Position numbers and translations under genes: made by a program | Sequence record: OP310984.1 | Length of the DNA: 64,000 nt | Strand: one strand, 5' to 3' | Part shown: one piece after another, positions 25,325 through 34,487 of the stretch | How positions within the stretch are numbered: position 1 is the first letter of the stretch | How the letters are laid out: each line of letters starts with the position of its first letter | Notes under the pieces: model-generated | What the model was told of the DNA's origin: nothing | Seen by the model: only the letters and a program-made list of their open reading frames with translations | Database searches by the model: none

Positions 25325-27436
25325 ATGATAGACTCATTTAGGAAGCTAATGGGCTCGCTATCAATTACTGAAACTGATCAAGAAATTATCATCAGTGGTT
25401 TTGATGGTGCTGCATTCATTAGAGATATTAACAAGTATTGGCGAACCACTAAATTAGCTACGCAGTTATTTAACACGGTTAGTCGTCGTAGTATTTCATT
25501 TTATAAATTCTTTGCTCCTGAAATATATTACATGCTAGAAGCAGTAAAGAATTATAGAAGTAGATACATCTCTATTAAAACTGTTAATGCCATCCGTGAA
25601 GCAATGCTTCAATATACCTGGTTAAAAAATACTCGTCCTGTAGATACCAACTCTGTACCAGGTAGACTCAATTTCAAGATGTTAGACAAATTGACATTTA
25701 CACCAGATGAGTCTCAAAAAGCTTATTTTGAAAATTATAATTATCGAATTGACCAGTATGGTTTACGTGGTGATATTGTTGCAGGTAAACCTGGTACTGG
25801 TAAGACATTCATGACGATGGCTATTGCTGAAATGGTTGAGTCGGATATCATTATAGTTGTTTGTGAAAAGAAGTCTATTGATCTAATATGGAAGCCATCT
25901 ATTATTGAGATGTATAAGGAAAGACAAAAAGTATGGTCGACCATTGATGATAAAGCCTACAACGGTCAAAGAATACTTATATCCCATTACCAGGCGCAAG
26001 ATAAAATAATTGATCTATTAAGAAGCGGTATATTCAAAGGTAAGAACATTACGGTGATTCTGGATGAATCACACAATATGAACGATCCTAATTCTGCACA
26101 ATCTCTTAAGTTCCAGCAAATATGTTTTATGTCTAACTCTAATAACAGATTATTAGCGTCAGGTACCCCTGTTAAAGCACTTGGTTCTGAATTAGTAAGT
26201 GCATTAAGAGTATTAGACGATCTCTTCACCAATGAGGTTGAAGAACGTTTTAAGAAAGCATTTGGAAAAGAGACACAGAAAGGATTAGATATTGTCCAAC
26301 ATCGCTTTGGGTTAATTGCGTACGTCATTGAAAAGAAAGATACTGAGGTTTTACCACCGAGGATAAAAGCGTATCGTATCAAGATACCAAATGGATCACA
26401 GTATACTCTTAATGCCATTAAACGTGATTGTGAAGCTTTTATTAGAGAACGTGTAAAGTTCTATGCTGCGCGCCGACCAGAAGATGAGAAGTATTGGGCT
26501 AAACTAATGGCGATACACGAGAACTCTCTTAAGACCCAGGCGCAGAAAGATGGTTTCGCTCGTTATAAGAATTTGATTAAAATAATTCAGAAGAATCAAG
26601 ACCCGCGATACATTGGTGAAGAAATTAAAGAATCTAACCAATATGAAAAAATGTTTATAGAGCCAACTTTACCTCGTAATGAAATAGCTGCTTTTAGAGA
26701 TATTAAATCAGTTATAAAATACGTTATGCTAAAGATACAAGGTGAATGTTTGGGAAGGGTTTTAGGTGCTAAACGCATTCAGTGCCATGTGGACATGGTA
26801 CCGTATATTGACTGGGTTGGTATCACTGAATCAACTATGAAGAAAACGATTGCATTTACATCGTTTGTTGAGGTTGTTGATACTGTTGATAAGTACACCA
26901 ATAAATTAGGTATGCATCCGGCGGTGGTGTATGGTAAAACCAATGACAATTTACCTCAAATAATCAGTAGATTTGAGAAAGACCCTAAATTAAATCCATT
27001 GGTAGCTACATATGCTTCCCTTTCAACAGCGGTCCGTATGACGATGGCTGATACTATGGTGACAATTAATTCACCGTTTAGGCATTACATTCTAGAACAA
27101 GCTATTGCTCGAATTTACCGTAAAGGTCAGGATTCACAAACAGTCGTATATCAATGTACTCTCGATACAGAAGATGAACCGAATATCTCAACAAGGTCAG
27201 ATGACATTCTAAAATGGAGTCAGGCAATGGTTGAAGCTATTATGGGTATTAAATCTCCATTTGAGATCACAGAGTCATTAGAAAGTTATGTTGATAAAAA
27301 TAATAATTTTGATGAAAATAAAATCATTTATCAGATGCTAAAAGAATCATTTGAGAAGTATGATATCGCAATTGATTTTAATGACTTTGATACACGTATG
27401 TATAAACCATATCAGCCCGCATATATGCGGTTTTAA
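25325..27436 (+). CDS. superfamily 2 (SNF2/DEAD-like) helicase, phiKZ gp203-like
   Basis: Walker A GKPGTGKT, Walker B ILDESHN, motif III ASGTP, motif VI QAIARIYRKGQ; TAAGGA RBS. Confidence 0.92.
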   Translation: MIDSFRKLMGSLSITETDQEIIISGFDGAAFIRDINKYWRTTKLATQLFNTVSRRSISFYKFFAPEIYYMLEAVKNYRSRYISIKTVNAIREAMLQYTWLKNTRPVDTNSVPGRLNFKMLDKLTFTPDESQKAYFENYNYRIDQYGLRGDIVAGKPGTGKTFMTMAIAEMVESDIIIVVCEKKSIDLIWKPSIIEMYKERQKVWSTIDDKAYNGQRILISHYQAQDKIIDLLRSGIFKGKNITVILDESHNMNDPNSAQSLKFQQICFMSNSNNRLLASGTPVKALGSELVSALRVLDDLFTNEVEERFKKAFGKETQKGLDIVQHRFGLIAYVIEKKDTEVLPPRIKAYRIKIPNGSQYTLNAIKRDCEAFIRERVKFYAARRPEDEKYWAKLMAIHENSLKTQAQKDGFARYKNLIKIIQKNQDPRYIGEEIKESNQYEKMFIEPTLPRNEIAAFRDIKSVIKYVMLKIQGECLGRVLGAKRIQCHVDMVPYIDWVGITESTMKKTIAFTSFVEVVDTVDKYTNKLGMHPAVVYGKTNDNLPQIISRFEKDPKLNPLVATYASLSTAVRMTMADTMVTINSPFRHYILEQAIARIYRKGQDSQTVVYQCTLDTEDEPNISTRSDDILKWSQAMVEAIMGIKSPFEITESLESYVDKNNNFDENKIIYQMLKESFEKYDIAIDFNDFDTRMYKPYQPAYMRF

Positions 27437-27447
27437 AGGAGACAGAA

Positions 27448-27918
27448 ATGTCTGATCCACATTCATCTAATACTGGTGAAGATCTTATTCTTGGGCCTGA
27501 AGCCACCAGTGAAGAAATGTATAATGCGATTTTAAGGTGGGTTGACAAAGTAACAACCATCCTAGAATCTGGTGGTGGCCCTGGTCCAGGTCCTAGTACT
27601 GGTTTAAAACCAATTCTATTTCAAACTGGTACATTAAACCCAGGAGATGTAGTTACTTATGATCTTTCCAAAGTTATTACTTCTATGGGTGATTATACTC
27701 TGGCTACAGCCATCGTTGATCTCAAGATTATCGACCCTGAAACTACTAGTCCTACTAGTGGTAAGCTTATTAGCGCTTCTGCTAGTATTGGTTGGGATCT
27801 CGATTCATCTACAGGGATTTTAAATATCCGTGGGTATAGCCTGTCTGTACCAATCACTTATTATATTCGAGTTGACTCACCTATTAAGACGGCTGATATT
27901 CCCGTGTATACCCCGTAA
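27448..27918 (+). CDS. hypothetical, probable virion protein (gp202-like)
   Basis: 156 aa, Gly/Pro linker GGGPGPGPSTG then beta-rich domain; AAGGAG RBS. Confidence 0.75.
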   Translation: MSDPHSSNTGEDLILGPEATSEEMYNAILRWVDKVTTILESGGGPGPGPSTGLKPILFQTGTLNPGDVVTYDLSKVITSMGDYTLATAIVDLKIIDPETTSPTSGKLISASASIGWDLDSSTGILNIRGYSLSVPITYYIRVDSPIKTADIPVYTP

Positions 27919-27928
27919 GGAGTGAGAA

Positions 27929-29878
27929 ATGCCTTCTATTGTCCCGTCGCAAGTGCCGGGTCCTGTGGCACTAAACTCTAAAGTTAAATTTAACTTTAGT
28001 TCAGATATTCAGAAGGTGTATTATACAGTGAGCCCGGAGTTACCTCCGGTGCTCTCTGAATACATTGCTTATGATGGTGACCCTGCAACAGGTGGTAGTC
28101 CATTTATTGCTGTTGTGCAAGATGGCACTGGTAATGTTCTTTATGATTGTAGTTTTCCAAAATTCTATAATTTAAACTATGATACTTACCAAATTCCGGC
28201 TAATACAACAAACCCTCAAGATTTATGGGGATGGGTAAGATATTTTTATAACGCTATTGGGTTTATTAGGAATGGCAGTAAGTACGAATCAACTGGAAAG
28301 AAATTCTTAGTAATCACAGATAGTAATCCTAGTGAACCTTATTCAGTCCTCAATACGTCAGGTAATGGTTTTAAAAAGATACTAGATACGGCTGCTCGTG
28401 TACAAGATTCTACCTATGATGTTTATTACCCAGAAATGATGGGTGGCACAGTAGACCTTACTTTAACAGATCTTAATAAGTATTATGCATGTATTCTATT
28501 CTCTACTAAAGATCATAATACTGGTGCATTAACTCCTGAAAGAGTGAGTCAGGCGACTATTGATAATCTAGCTACTTGGCGTAAATCGGGTAATGGTATC
28601 TTTGTTATAACTGATTCTGCTTCAAGAGATTACACTAATATTGAAGATGCTAAAGAAAATAATGGTAGTTTTGCATTTACCGCTAATAGACTAGCCTTTA
28701 ATTTTGGTTCTTATTTCTCTGGTGTTGTTGATAGGTCAGATGTTCAATATACTGTAAATCAGATGCTAAGCTGGTCACCAAAAGCTGCATCATCTGGTTT
28801 GTTTACAGGTATGAATAAATCTATTGGTAATGGTCAAGTAACTGACTTTGTTATCAAAGGTGATTCAAGTGAAAGTGAGATTAAGCTTGTTACTTTCCCA
28901 GCGTATAACAAAGAAGATATTCCTGAATTTACCTTCGATCATACTGGCGAGTACATTTACAATTTTCTGTGTACGACATCTGAAAATCCTAATAAACCGT
29001 ATGCTATTTCATTTAGATTCCAAGTTGGTGTAGATGATGGTATCTTTGTTGCACGTGATAATGGCCAAGCTATTGATACTACTCAGATACTAACAGCTAA
29101 GCGTTATTTTGATCTTAATCTAGGTTACTCAAATGGTACTGACCATCAGGATTATCTAGGCGATATTCAAATAAATGGCTATTTAGTTGGATCATTCTTA
29201 TTTAGTCAGGGCATTACTCAGTGGGATCTGATAACTCATGGATCAACTCTTTTAATCCATGATAATGATCAGATACGTATTAACGTACGTGTACCTTATA
29301 CTTACACAATGCAGCATCAAGTGGTACTTAGTTCAAAACCTGCTTCTCTTTATAATGAAGCATCCCTTATAGGTACAATGGCATGGGATGATTATAAAGG
29401 GATAAGTAAAGCTAAAATTTATGAATATATTAATCTTAGCATGACCAAGTATATGTATCGTGTAGCGAATGCATATAAGAATAACATTAATATAAAACCA
29501 ATAGTATTGACTGCATTACGCCGTACATTCCTTGGTGAGACATTAAATACAGCTAATGTATATGTTTATGATAATAACTCCACATGGGGTAAACTATCAC
29601 AACGTGTCCAGAACGGACGACATGGTGATATTGTTATCTTTGCAGATACTTCTAAAGTTGTCCAGTATGATGAACTGGCTTCAACACCTGGCTGGTATGT
29701 AATGAAAGATCCAGGATTAGCTGATGTAACAGTAGCTAAACTAGTTCCATTCTTTGGAAATAACCGAGCTATTAAAAATAGGTTAAAGACTGGTGACATT
29801 CTTGATGAGACCACTGGTCAACCAATTTCTTTCCATGCTAATTGGAAAATAGAAAATGATAAACTTGTAAAAGTTTAA
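27929..29878 (+). CDS. large beta-rich hypothetical, probable virion protein (gp201-like)
   Basis: 649 aa rich in G/S/T/N/Y; TAAGGAG RBS. Confidence 0.75.
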   Translation: MPSIVPSQVPGPVALNSKVKFNFSSDIQKVYYTVSPELPPVLSEYIAYDGDPATGGSPFIAVVQDGTGNVLYDCSFPKFYNLNYDTYQIPANTTNPQDLWGWVRYFYNAIGFIRNGSKYESTGKKFLVITDSNPSEPYSVLNTSGNGFKKILDTAARVQDSTYDVYYPEMMGGTVDLTLTDLNKYYACILFSTKDHNTGALTPERVSQATIDNLATWRKSGNGIFVITDSASRDYTNIEDAKENNGSFAFTANRLAFNFGSYFSGVVDRSDVQYTVNQMLSWSPKAASSGLFTGMNKSIGNGQVTDFVIKGDSSESEIKLVTFPAYNKEDIPEFTFDHTGEYIYNFLCTTSENPNKPYAISFRFQVGVDDGIFVARDNGQAIDTTQILTAKRYFDLNLGYSNGTDHQDYLGDIQINGYLVGSFLFSQGITQWDLITHGSTLLIHDNDQIRINVRVPYTYTMQHQVVLSSKPASLYNEASLIGTMAWDDYKGISKAKIYEYINLSMTKYMYRVANAYKNNINIKPIVLTALRRTFLGETLNTANVYVYDNNSTWGKLSQRVQNGRHGDIVIFADTSKVVQYDELASTPGWYVMKDPGLADVTVAKLVPFFGNNRAIKNRLKTGDILDETTGQPISFHANWKIENDKLVKV

Positions 29879-29886
29879 CGGCATAA

Positions 29887-29907
29887 GCCCTCCCGCAATG
29901 GGAGGGC
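29887..29907. terminator. bidirectional terminator at convergent junction
   Basis: gccctccc-gcaat-gggagggc; near-identical to 59706-59726. Confidence 0.8.
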
Positions 29908-29918
29908 ATTATGTTGTT

Positions 29919-30578
29919 TTAACCACGCGTTATATTAAATAACCGTCTTTTCTGATCAAGTAATAAAATAGCGCTTGTGGTAATTTTAATGTTAAACCTA
30001 CGTTTAGCTAAACTCTGAGCTACTAGTTCAATAGCATCAACTAGATCGATTGATTCTATATCACCTGTATTTTTAGATTTACTAATTGGTTTACTAAGAA
30101 TTTTCCATCCCTTAGTAAAATTACTAGCTGACGGCTTTTGACCTATCTTGCTACGAAAAAATAGTCCAACTAATTTACTAGCTAGTTCACGTGGATCATT
30201 AAAATCTGTTTCTGGTGAATGTAAGGTAATATTACTGTTTGCCAGGAATTCATGGTTCTCCGCACGATCCTCGATGGTTTTAGCACGTGGATCAAAATCC
30301 CAACAATTAACAGTTATATTTACGTCATTACCATTACGACGTAGATCAATACATCTAATGAAATCAGTCATATCAAACTTACGTTCAACATCACGCATGT
30401 CATTAGCAATCTTCTCTAATTCATCGTTATCAGTAATACCAACTTGCTTAGTAATATCAAAAGTCAAATCGGCTAAAACGGATTGAGGAAAACTGGTTGC
30501 GATCAGCAAACGCAGTACGATTTCTGGACGACTTTTTCTATCTTTGTCGCCTGACATCTTCTCAAAGGTATTAGTCAT
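29919..30578 (-). CDS. hypothetical protein
   Basis: 219-aa ORF. Confidence 0.85.
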   Translation of the reverse strand: MTNTFEKMSGDKDRKSRPEIVLRLLIATSFPQSVLADLTFDITKQVGITDNDELEKIANDMRDVERKFDMTDFIRCIDLRRNGNDVNITVNCWDFDPRAKTIEDRAENHEFLANSNITLHSPETDFNDPRELASKLVGLFFRSKIGQKPSASNFTKGWKILSKPISKSKNTGDIESIDLVDAIELVAQSLAKRRFNIKITTSAILLLDQKRRLFNITRG

Positions 30579-30597
30579 GATGGCTATCCCAAAAAGG

Positions 30598-31029
30598 TTA
30601 GTTCACACCATTTAAACGCTCCCAGTCATCTAGGGTTGCACGAGCATCAAATAGTGCGTTGTGAAGCATTTTAGAACCTTTTCCACTTAGCTCATGATTT
30701 AATTCAAATATAGTTGGTAACTCAACAACTTGTTTACCTTTACCCATATCCATAGCTTTACCAGTGTAAACCATATCGTTAACATGATTAGCTATAAAAT
30801 GTAATCGAGCAAACTGACCAAGAAACTTGGCTAGTCTATCATGGAATTCTTCTAAAGAGATTGGTTCTTTTTGAAGAATAGGAATAACGTTTTCTTTAAC
30901 CCATTCATCTTCAATATTGTCATATGGTAGAACTTCGTAGAATTCACAACGTCGATCTTCACTAACAATACCGAGTGAAATAAGAGTACCAGTAGGCGTA
31001 TCAAATTCTGTATCAACAAAAAGTAACAT
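30598..31029 (-). CDS. DEDDh 3'-5' exoribonuclease, Rv2179c/RNase AS-like
   Basis: ExoI FVDTEF, LISLGIV, WVKENVIP, ExoIII HNALFDA. Confidence 0.85.
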   Translation of the reverse strand: MLLFVDTEFDTPTGTLISLGIVSEDRRCEFYEVLPYDNIEDEWVKENVIPILQKEPISLEEFHDRLAKFLGQFARLHFIANHVNDMVYTGKAMDMGKGKQVVELPTIFELNHELSGKGSKMLHNALFDARATLDDWERLNGVN

Positions 31030-31085
31030 AGTAGTTTTCCTTATACGAAAGTCTTATCATAACAATAATGCACTTACGTCAAAAA

Positions 31086-31108
31086 GAGAGAACCATGGCG
31101 GTTCTCTC
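31086..31108 (-). terminator. intrinsic terminator
   Basis: gagagaacc/ggttctctc stem followed by ttttt on minus strand. Confidence 0.75.
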
Positions 31109-31119
31109 CTATAAAAGTA

Positions 31120-31608
31120 TTAGACTTTTAGTCCACGAATATTGAAGATTATTTGACAAGCTGCAATTATTCTATTTCTAGAAATCTTTACAGGAATTTT
31201 GTAGTGGTTGAGTACAGCTTTAGGATTCTCAACACTCATCAATTCTTTAAGTAATTCGTCGCTAATTTTATTATGTGTCAGGACAAAGGTTGCGACATCG
31301 TGGTCCCAGCATCGTTTTATTGCACTACAAGCACGAATATACTTCTCGGCTAATTCGGGGCTAAAATCTAATGCTTCTAGCCATCTTTTGCGACCAGCAG
31401 TGTAAATCACTCGTGTACGAGTATTCGATGGGACAGCTACAATGTAGCCTGTACCTGGTGTCCTACGCTCTTCAATAGGTCTGATATTCCAATCACCAAT
31501 CGTCCTAATTAGTGTAGATAAATCATCATTAGCACCATAGTAGCCAATAGGTAAACCTAAACTTACTTGTGTATCTATTTGGTCTACAGTTTGATGTGTA
31601 ATAACCAT
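31120..31608 (-). CDS. hypothetical protein
   Basis: 162-aa ORF. Confidence 0.8.
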   Translation of the reverse strand: MVITHQTVDQIDTQVSLGLPIGYYGANDDLSTLIRTIGDWNIRPIEERRTPGTGYIVAVPSNTRTRVIYTAGRKRWLEALDFSPELAEKYIRACSAIKRCWDHDVATFVLTHNKISDELLKELMSVENPKAVLNHYKIPVKISRNRIIAACQIIFNIRGLKV

Positions 31609-31717
31609 TGTAGTTCTCTTCCCAATAGGGTTTTATAAACTTCCACAAGACTAAACTCCATTATAGCCCTATCAGATTGGGTAATAAAACTTAATAAAAA
31701 AAAATATTAAACATAAA

Positions 31718-31739
31718 ACCCTCTCCCGAAGGAGAGGGT
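31718..31739 (-). terminator. UUCG-loop hairpin terminator
   Basis: accctctcc-TTCG-ggagagggt-tttatgttt on minus strand. Confidence 0.8.
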
Positions 31740-31750
31740 AATATATAACT

Positions 31751-32113
31751 TTATCCATACATCACGAAAGGTACTTCGTAAACAATTAGATAAGTATACA
31801 TTAGTTTAAAACCAATGTGTAACCACTGATCTTGATTAAATGTAATTTTATTATCACATTTTAAATAATCAATAATGCAGTGAGAAATTGTTTCAATAAG
31901 TCCTAAAACTAATGAACCAGTAATGAAATAAACTGCGCCACCATGCATGAAGCTGTGTGCAGGTAATACCCATTTCCAATATAGTGAACCTAGTTCAGTA
32001 GTATGATTTTTAGCCTTTGCAATGAAATCATTTTGCAATGAAAAATCAAAGATGAAGTGCGCTACAATTAAACCAAAGAATAATGCCATTGAGTTGACAC
32101 TGATTAATTCCAT
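31751..32113 (-). CDS. DUF3307-family membrane protein
   Basis: HFIFDFSLQ, HSFMHG, HCIID, DQWLH histidine pattern with TM segments. Confidence 0.8.
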   Translation of the reverse strand: MELISVNSMALFFGLIVAHFIFDFSLQNDFIAKAKNHTTELGSLYWKWVLPAHSFMHGGAVYFITGSLVLGLIETISHCIIDYLKCDNKITFNQDQWLHIGFKLMYTYLIVYEVPFVMYG

Positions 32114-32124
32114 TTTATTTCCGC

Positions 32125-32487
32125 CTAGAAAGGTATTTCATCTTCAACAATGTGTGAATAGTCGATATTATGTTTTTCACATAATTCTTTAAATTTATCT
32201 ATTTTGGTCATAGCCTCTAATAAATCATTATGTAATTTATTTTTATAATTCTTACCAAAATCAGCAGGGTCAAATACAGATTTATAATAGGCATATATTT
32301 CAGAATATTCTTTCTTTAAAATATCAATAACTACTGGATCATTACCATCACCAAGATAACTAATCAGATGACATAAATCATAGTTTTGACGACGAGCTGC
32401 TTTTAAGATAAGTTCATTAATTTCAATTAATTCAGACTTATTACATCGCCTTCTTTTTATAGATCGAGTGATTTTATTAAATATCAT
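32125..32487 (-). CDS. hypothetical protein with acidic C-terminal DEIPF tail
   Basis: 120-aa ORF. Confidence 0.75.
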   Translation of the reverse strand: MIFNKITRSIKRRRCNKSELIEINELILKAARRQNYDLCHLISYLGDGNDPVVIDILKKEYSEIYAYYKSVFDPADFGKNYKNKLHNDLLEAMTKIDKFKELCEKHNIDYSHIVEDEIPF

Positions 32488-32488
32488 A

Positions 32489-32863
32489 TTAAGTTATCCC
32501 TAACCATTGTAGATAACCACTATCACTTAATCCACGATAATAATCATCTTTATTTTTACGTAAATAACAATAAACTATTTTACCCATTAATTGATAGTTA
32601 GCTTCATTATCAAAGGTAAATTCTTTTTCTAATCTATTATTACTATCCACTAATGAGATTACTACATTACCGTAACGTACTGTTAATTTAACTGTACGAG
32701 TAGAGTCGGTATCATGAAAGATATAAGTCAACCCATAATTCAACTCATTATTTAATACTTGAATACTAGTAGATCTATTAGATTTAATCTGAAGTGGATG
32801 CTCAACAATCGCCTTGAATGCTTTATTGCATAAGAGAATATTTTGTATTTTTAATGAATCCAT
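32489..32863 (-). CDS. hypothetical protein
   Basis: 124-aa ORF. Confidence 0.75.
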   Translation of the reverse strand: MDSLKIQNILLCNKAFKAIVEHPLQIKSNRSTSIQVLNNELNYGLTYIFHDTDSTRTVKLTVRYGNVVISLVDSNNRLEKEFTFDNEANYQLMGKIVYCYLRKNKDDYYRGLSDSGYLQWLGIT

Positions 32864-33018
32864 GACATTACCTGACTTTGTATTTATAATTTACCTATAT
32901 CAAATTAGAAGTAGGCAATAATGAGCTGACCCAGTAGTCTTCAATCTCAGCCTAATTGGATCAGTGTTTAGACTGAGATTGAATATTAAGCTGTAGTGGT
33001 ACTTTAATCAATGATGTA

Positions 33019-33375
33019 TTATGGATTTCCGGCAAGCCAGCTTACTGCACATATTGCTACCTCATCAAATTGATTCAATGAGAATTTGGTTATCCGAACA
33101 GCCTGTGCCATATTAAGAACTTTAAATTCACTATCACCAGACTCAATATGAGATATCATGCCAAGATGATCATTGCTGGTATCATAAACTGCAATGCGGA
33201 TATCCTTGCCTCTCTCAACCACATATGCAATAGATCGTTTTGTTACAGGGTTATCGATGACATTAACTGTTTCACGCAATGTAGCGTCAATCCGGGATGC
33301 ATTAATATGAATGCTAATTGCATTCAGCAAATGATGCTCAATCTGTCGCCCTGTTTCAAGAGTTAGAGAACCCAT
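33019..33375 (-). CDS. hypothetical protein
   Basis: 118-aa ORF; AAGGAG RBS. Confidence 0.8.
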   Translation of the reverse strand: MGSLTLETGRQIEHHLLNAISIHINASRIDATLRETVNVIDNPVTKRSIAYVVERGKDIRIAVYDTSNDHLGMISHIESGDSEFKVLNMAQAVRITKFSLNQFDEVAICAVSWLAGNP

Positions 33376-33387
33376 TATAATCTCCTT

Positions 33388-33750
33388 TTAGAATCCAAGA
33401 TAATCAAAGAATCCATGGTAATCGAATGTGCGTGTTGGGATACTTGTATCCGAAAAGAACGTATTTATTTGTTTGGCTAATTCAGTGTAGTAATGTGAAT
33501 TATATTTGTTGATCTTAGTAACCATCTTCTCATCAAAGAGATAGGTTACACGCATATTCAGTGGTTTAACTACATTGATCTCAATAACTACCTTACGAAC
33601 CATATCCTCAGATAAGAGTATACACTTAGCGTCACATGGTGAAACCTCTATTTTAATACCTACACAAGGCTTGAGGTTATCGTGATATTTCGTGAGTTCC
33701 TCTAATACAGCATCCATAGTTTGGATGAGCTTTATATTGGTAATGTTCAT
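33388..33750 (-). CDS. hypothetical protein
   Basis: 120-aa ORF; coupled to upstream gene. Confidence 0.8.
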   Translation of the reverse strand: MNITNIKLIQTMDAVLEELTKYHDNLKPCVGIKIEVSPCDAKCILLSEDMVRKVVIEINVVKPLNMRVTYLFDEKMVTKINKYNSHYYTELAKQINTFFSDTSIPTRTFDYHGFFDYLGF

Positions 33751-34487
33751 TACAGCCCCTCGTAAATATCCTTTCGTTTTGGATTGATGCCTGCAACCTT
33801 ACCTTTATCATTATTGATGTAACAAAGGAATTCATCGCAAGTGGTGGTCTTTACAAATGGGATAATTTGATTGAGTTCTAGTAAAGTATATTCTTTACCA
33901 AAGTATTTACACATTTGTGTAAGTTGACTACACACTACATTATAAAAGCCCCTAGTATTTTGTAGTGTAAGATACTCACCATCAATCACTCTATCATTAT
34001 TTACCATGTATACATCACGAATAGGATAAGTGTCTTTTAAGGGACCATTGCCAAATTTGACACCATGTACCCCATTAGGCCCATTTAGTAAATAGTATCC
34101 AGTTGGTACTGACCAATAAGTAGTTCCTTTAAATCCCAATAGATGTCCATATGGTTCATGATAATCGGATGTATAGCACTGATCATCCTCACAGATAACC
34201 TCCTGGTACATCGAGTATTCAACAGGTAGTTGTTTAGTTGGATCACTAGGGTGAACCACCAATATTATTGAATTTTCTGGATAACTGGTCCAACCGCAAC
34301 TACCCAGTTTGGATTGCTTATTGAAATTACATGGAGCAATTCGCGGAGTATGATTAGAGTAGAATAATGGTACTCCATAAAAAGCAAGTGGTTCGTAATT
34401 AACACTAGCTTTAGTATACATGCCAATACTAATCAGAAATACTGCACAGAATATACGCATCGATAATTTAAACATCAGTGCATCCAC
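33750..34487 (-). CDS. Cys-rich putative exported protein
   Basis: Signal-like N-terminus (RIFCAVFLISIGMYTKA), about 8 Cys in mature part. Confidence 0.8.
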   Translation of the reverse strand: MDALMFKLSMRIFCAVFLISIGMYTKASVNYEPLAFYGVPLFYSNHTPRIAPCNFNKQSKLGSCGWTSYPENSIILVVHPSDPTKQLPVEYSMYQEVICEDDQCYTSDYHEPYGHLLGFKGTTYWSVPTGYYLLNGPNGVHGVKFGNGPLKDTYPIRDVYMVNNDRVIDGEYLTLQNTRGFYNVVCSQLTQMCKYFGKEYTLLELNQIIPFVKTTTCDEFLCYINNDKGKVAGINPKRKDIYEGL

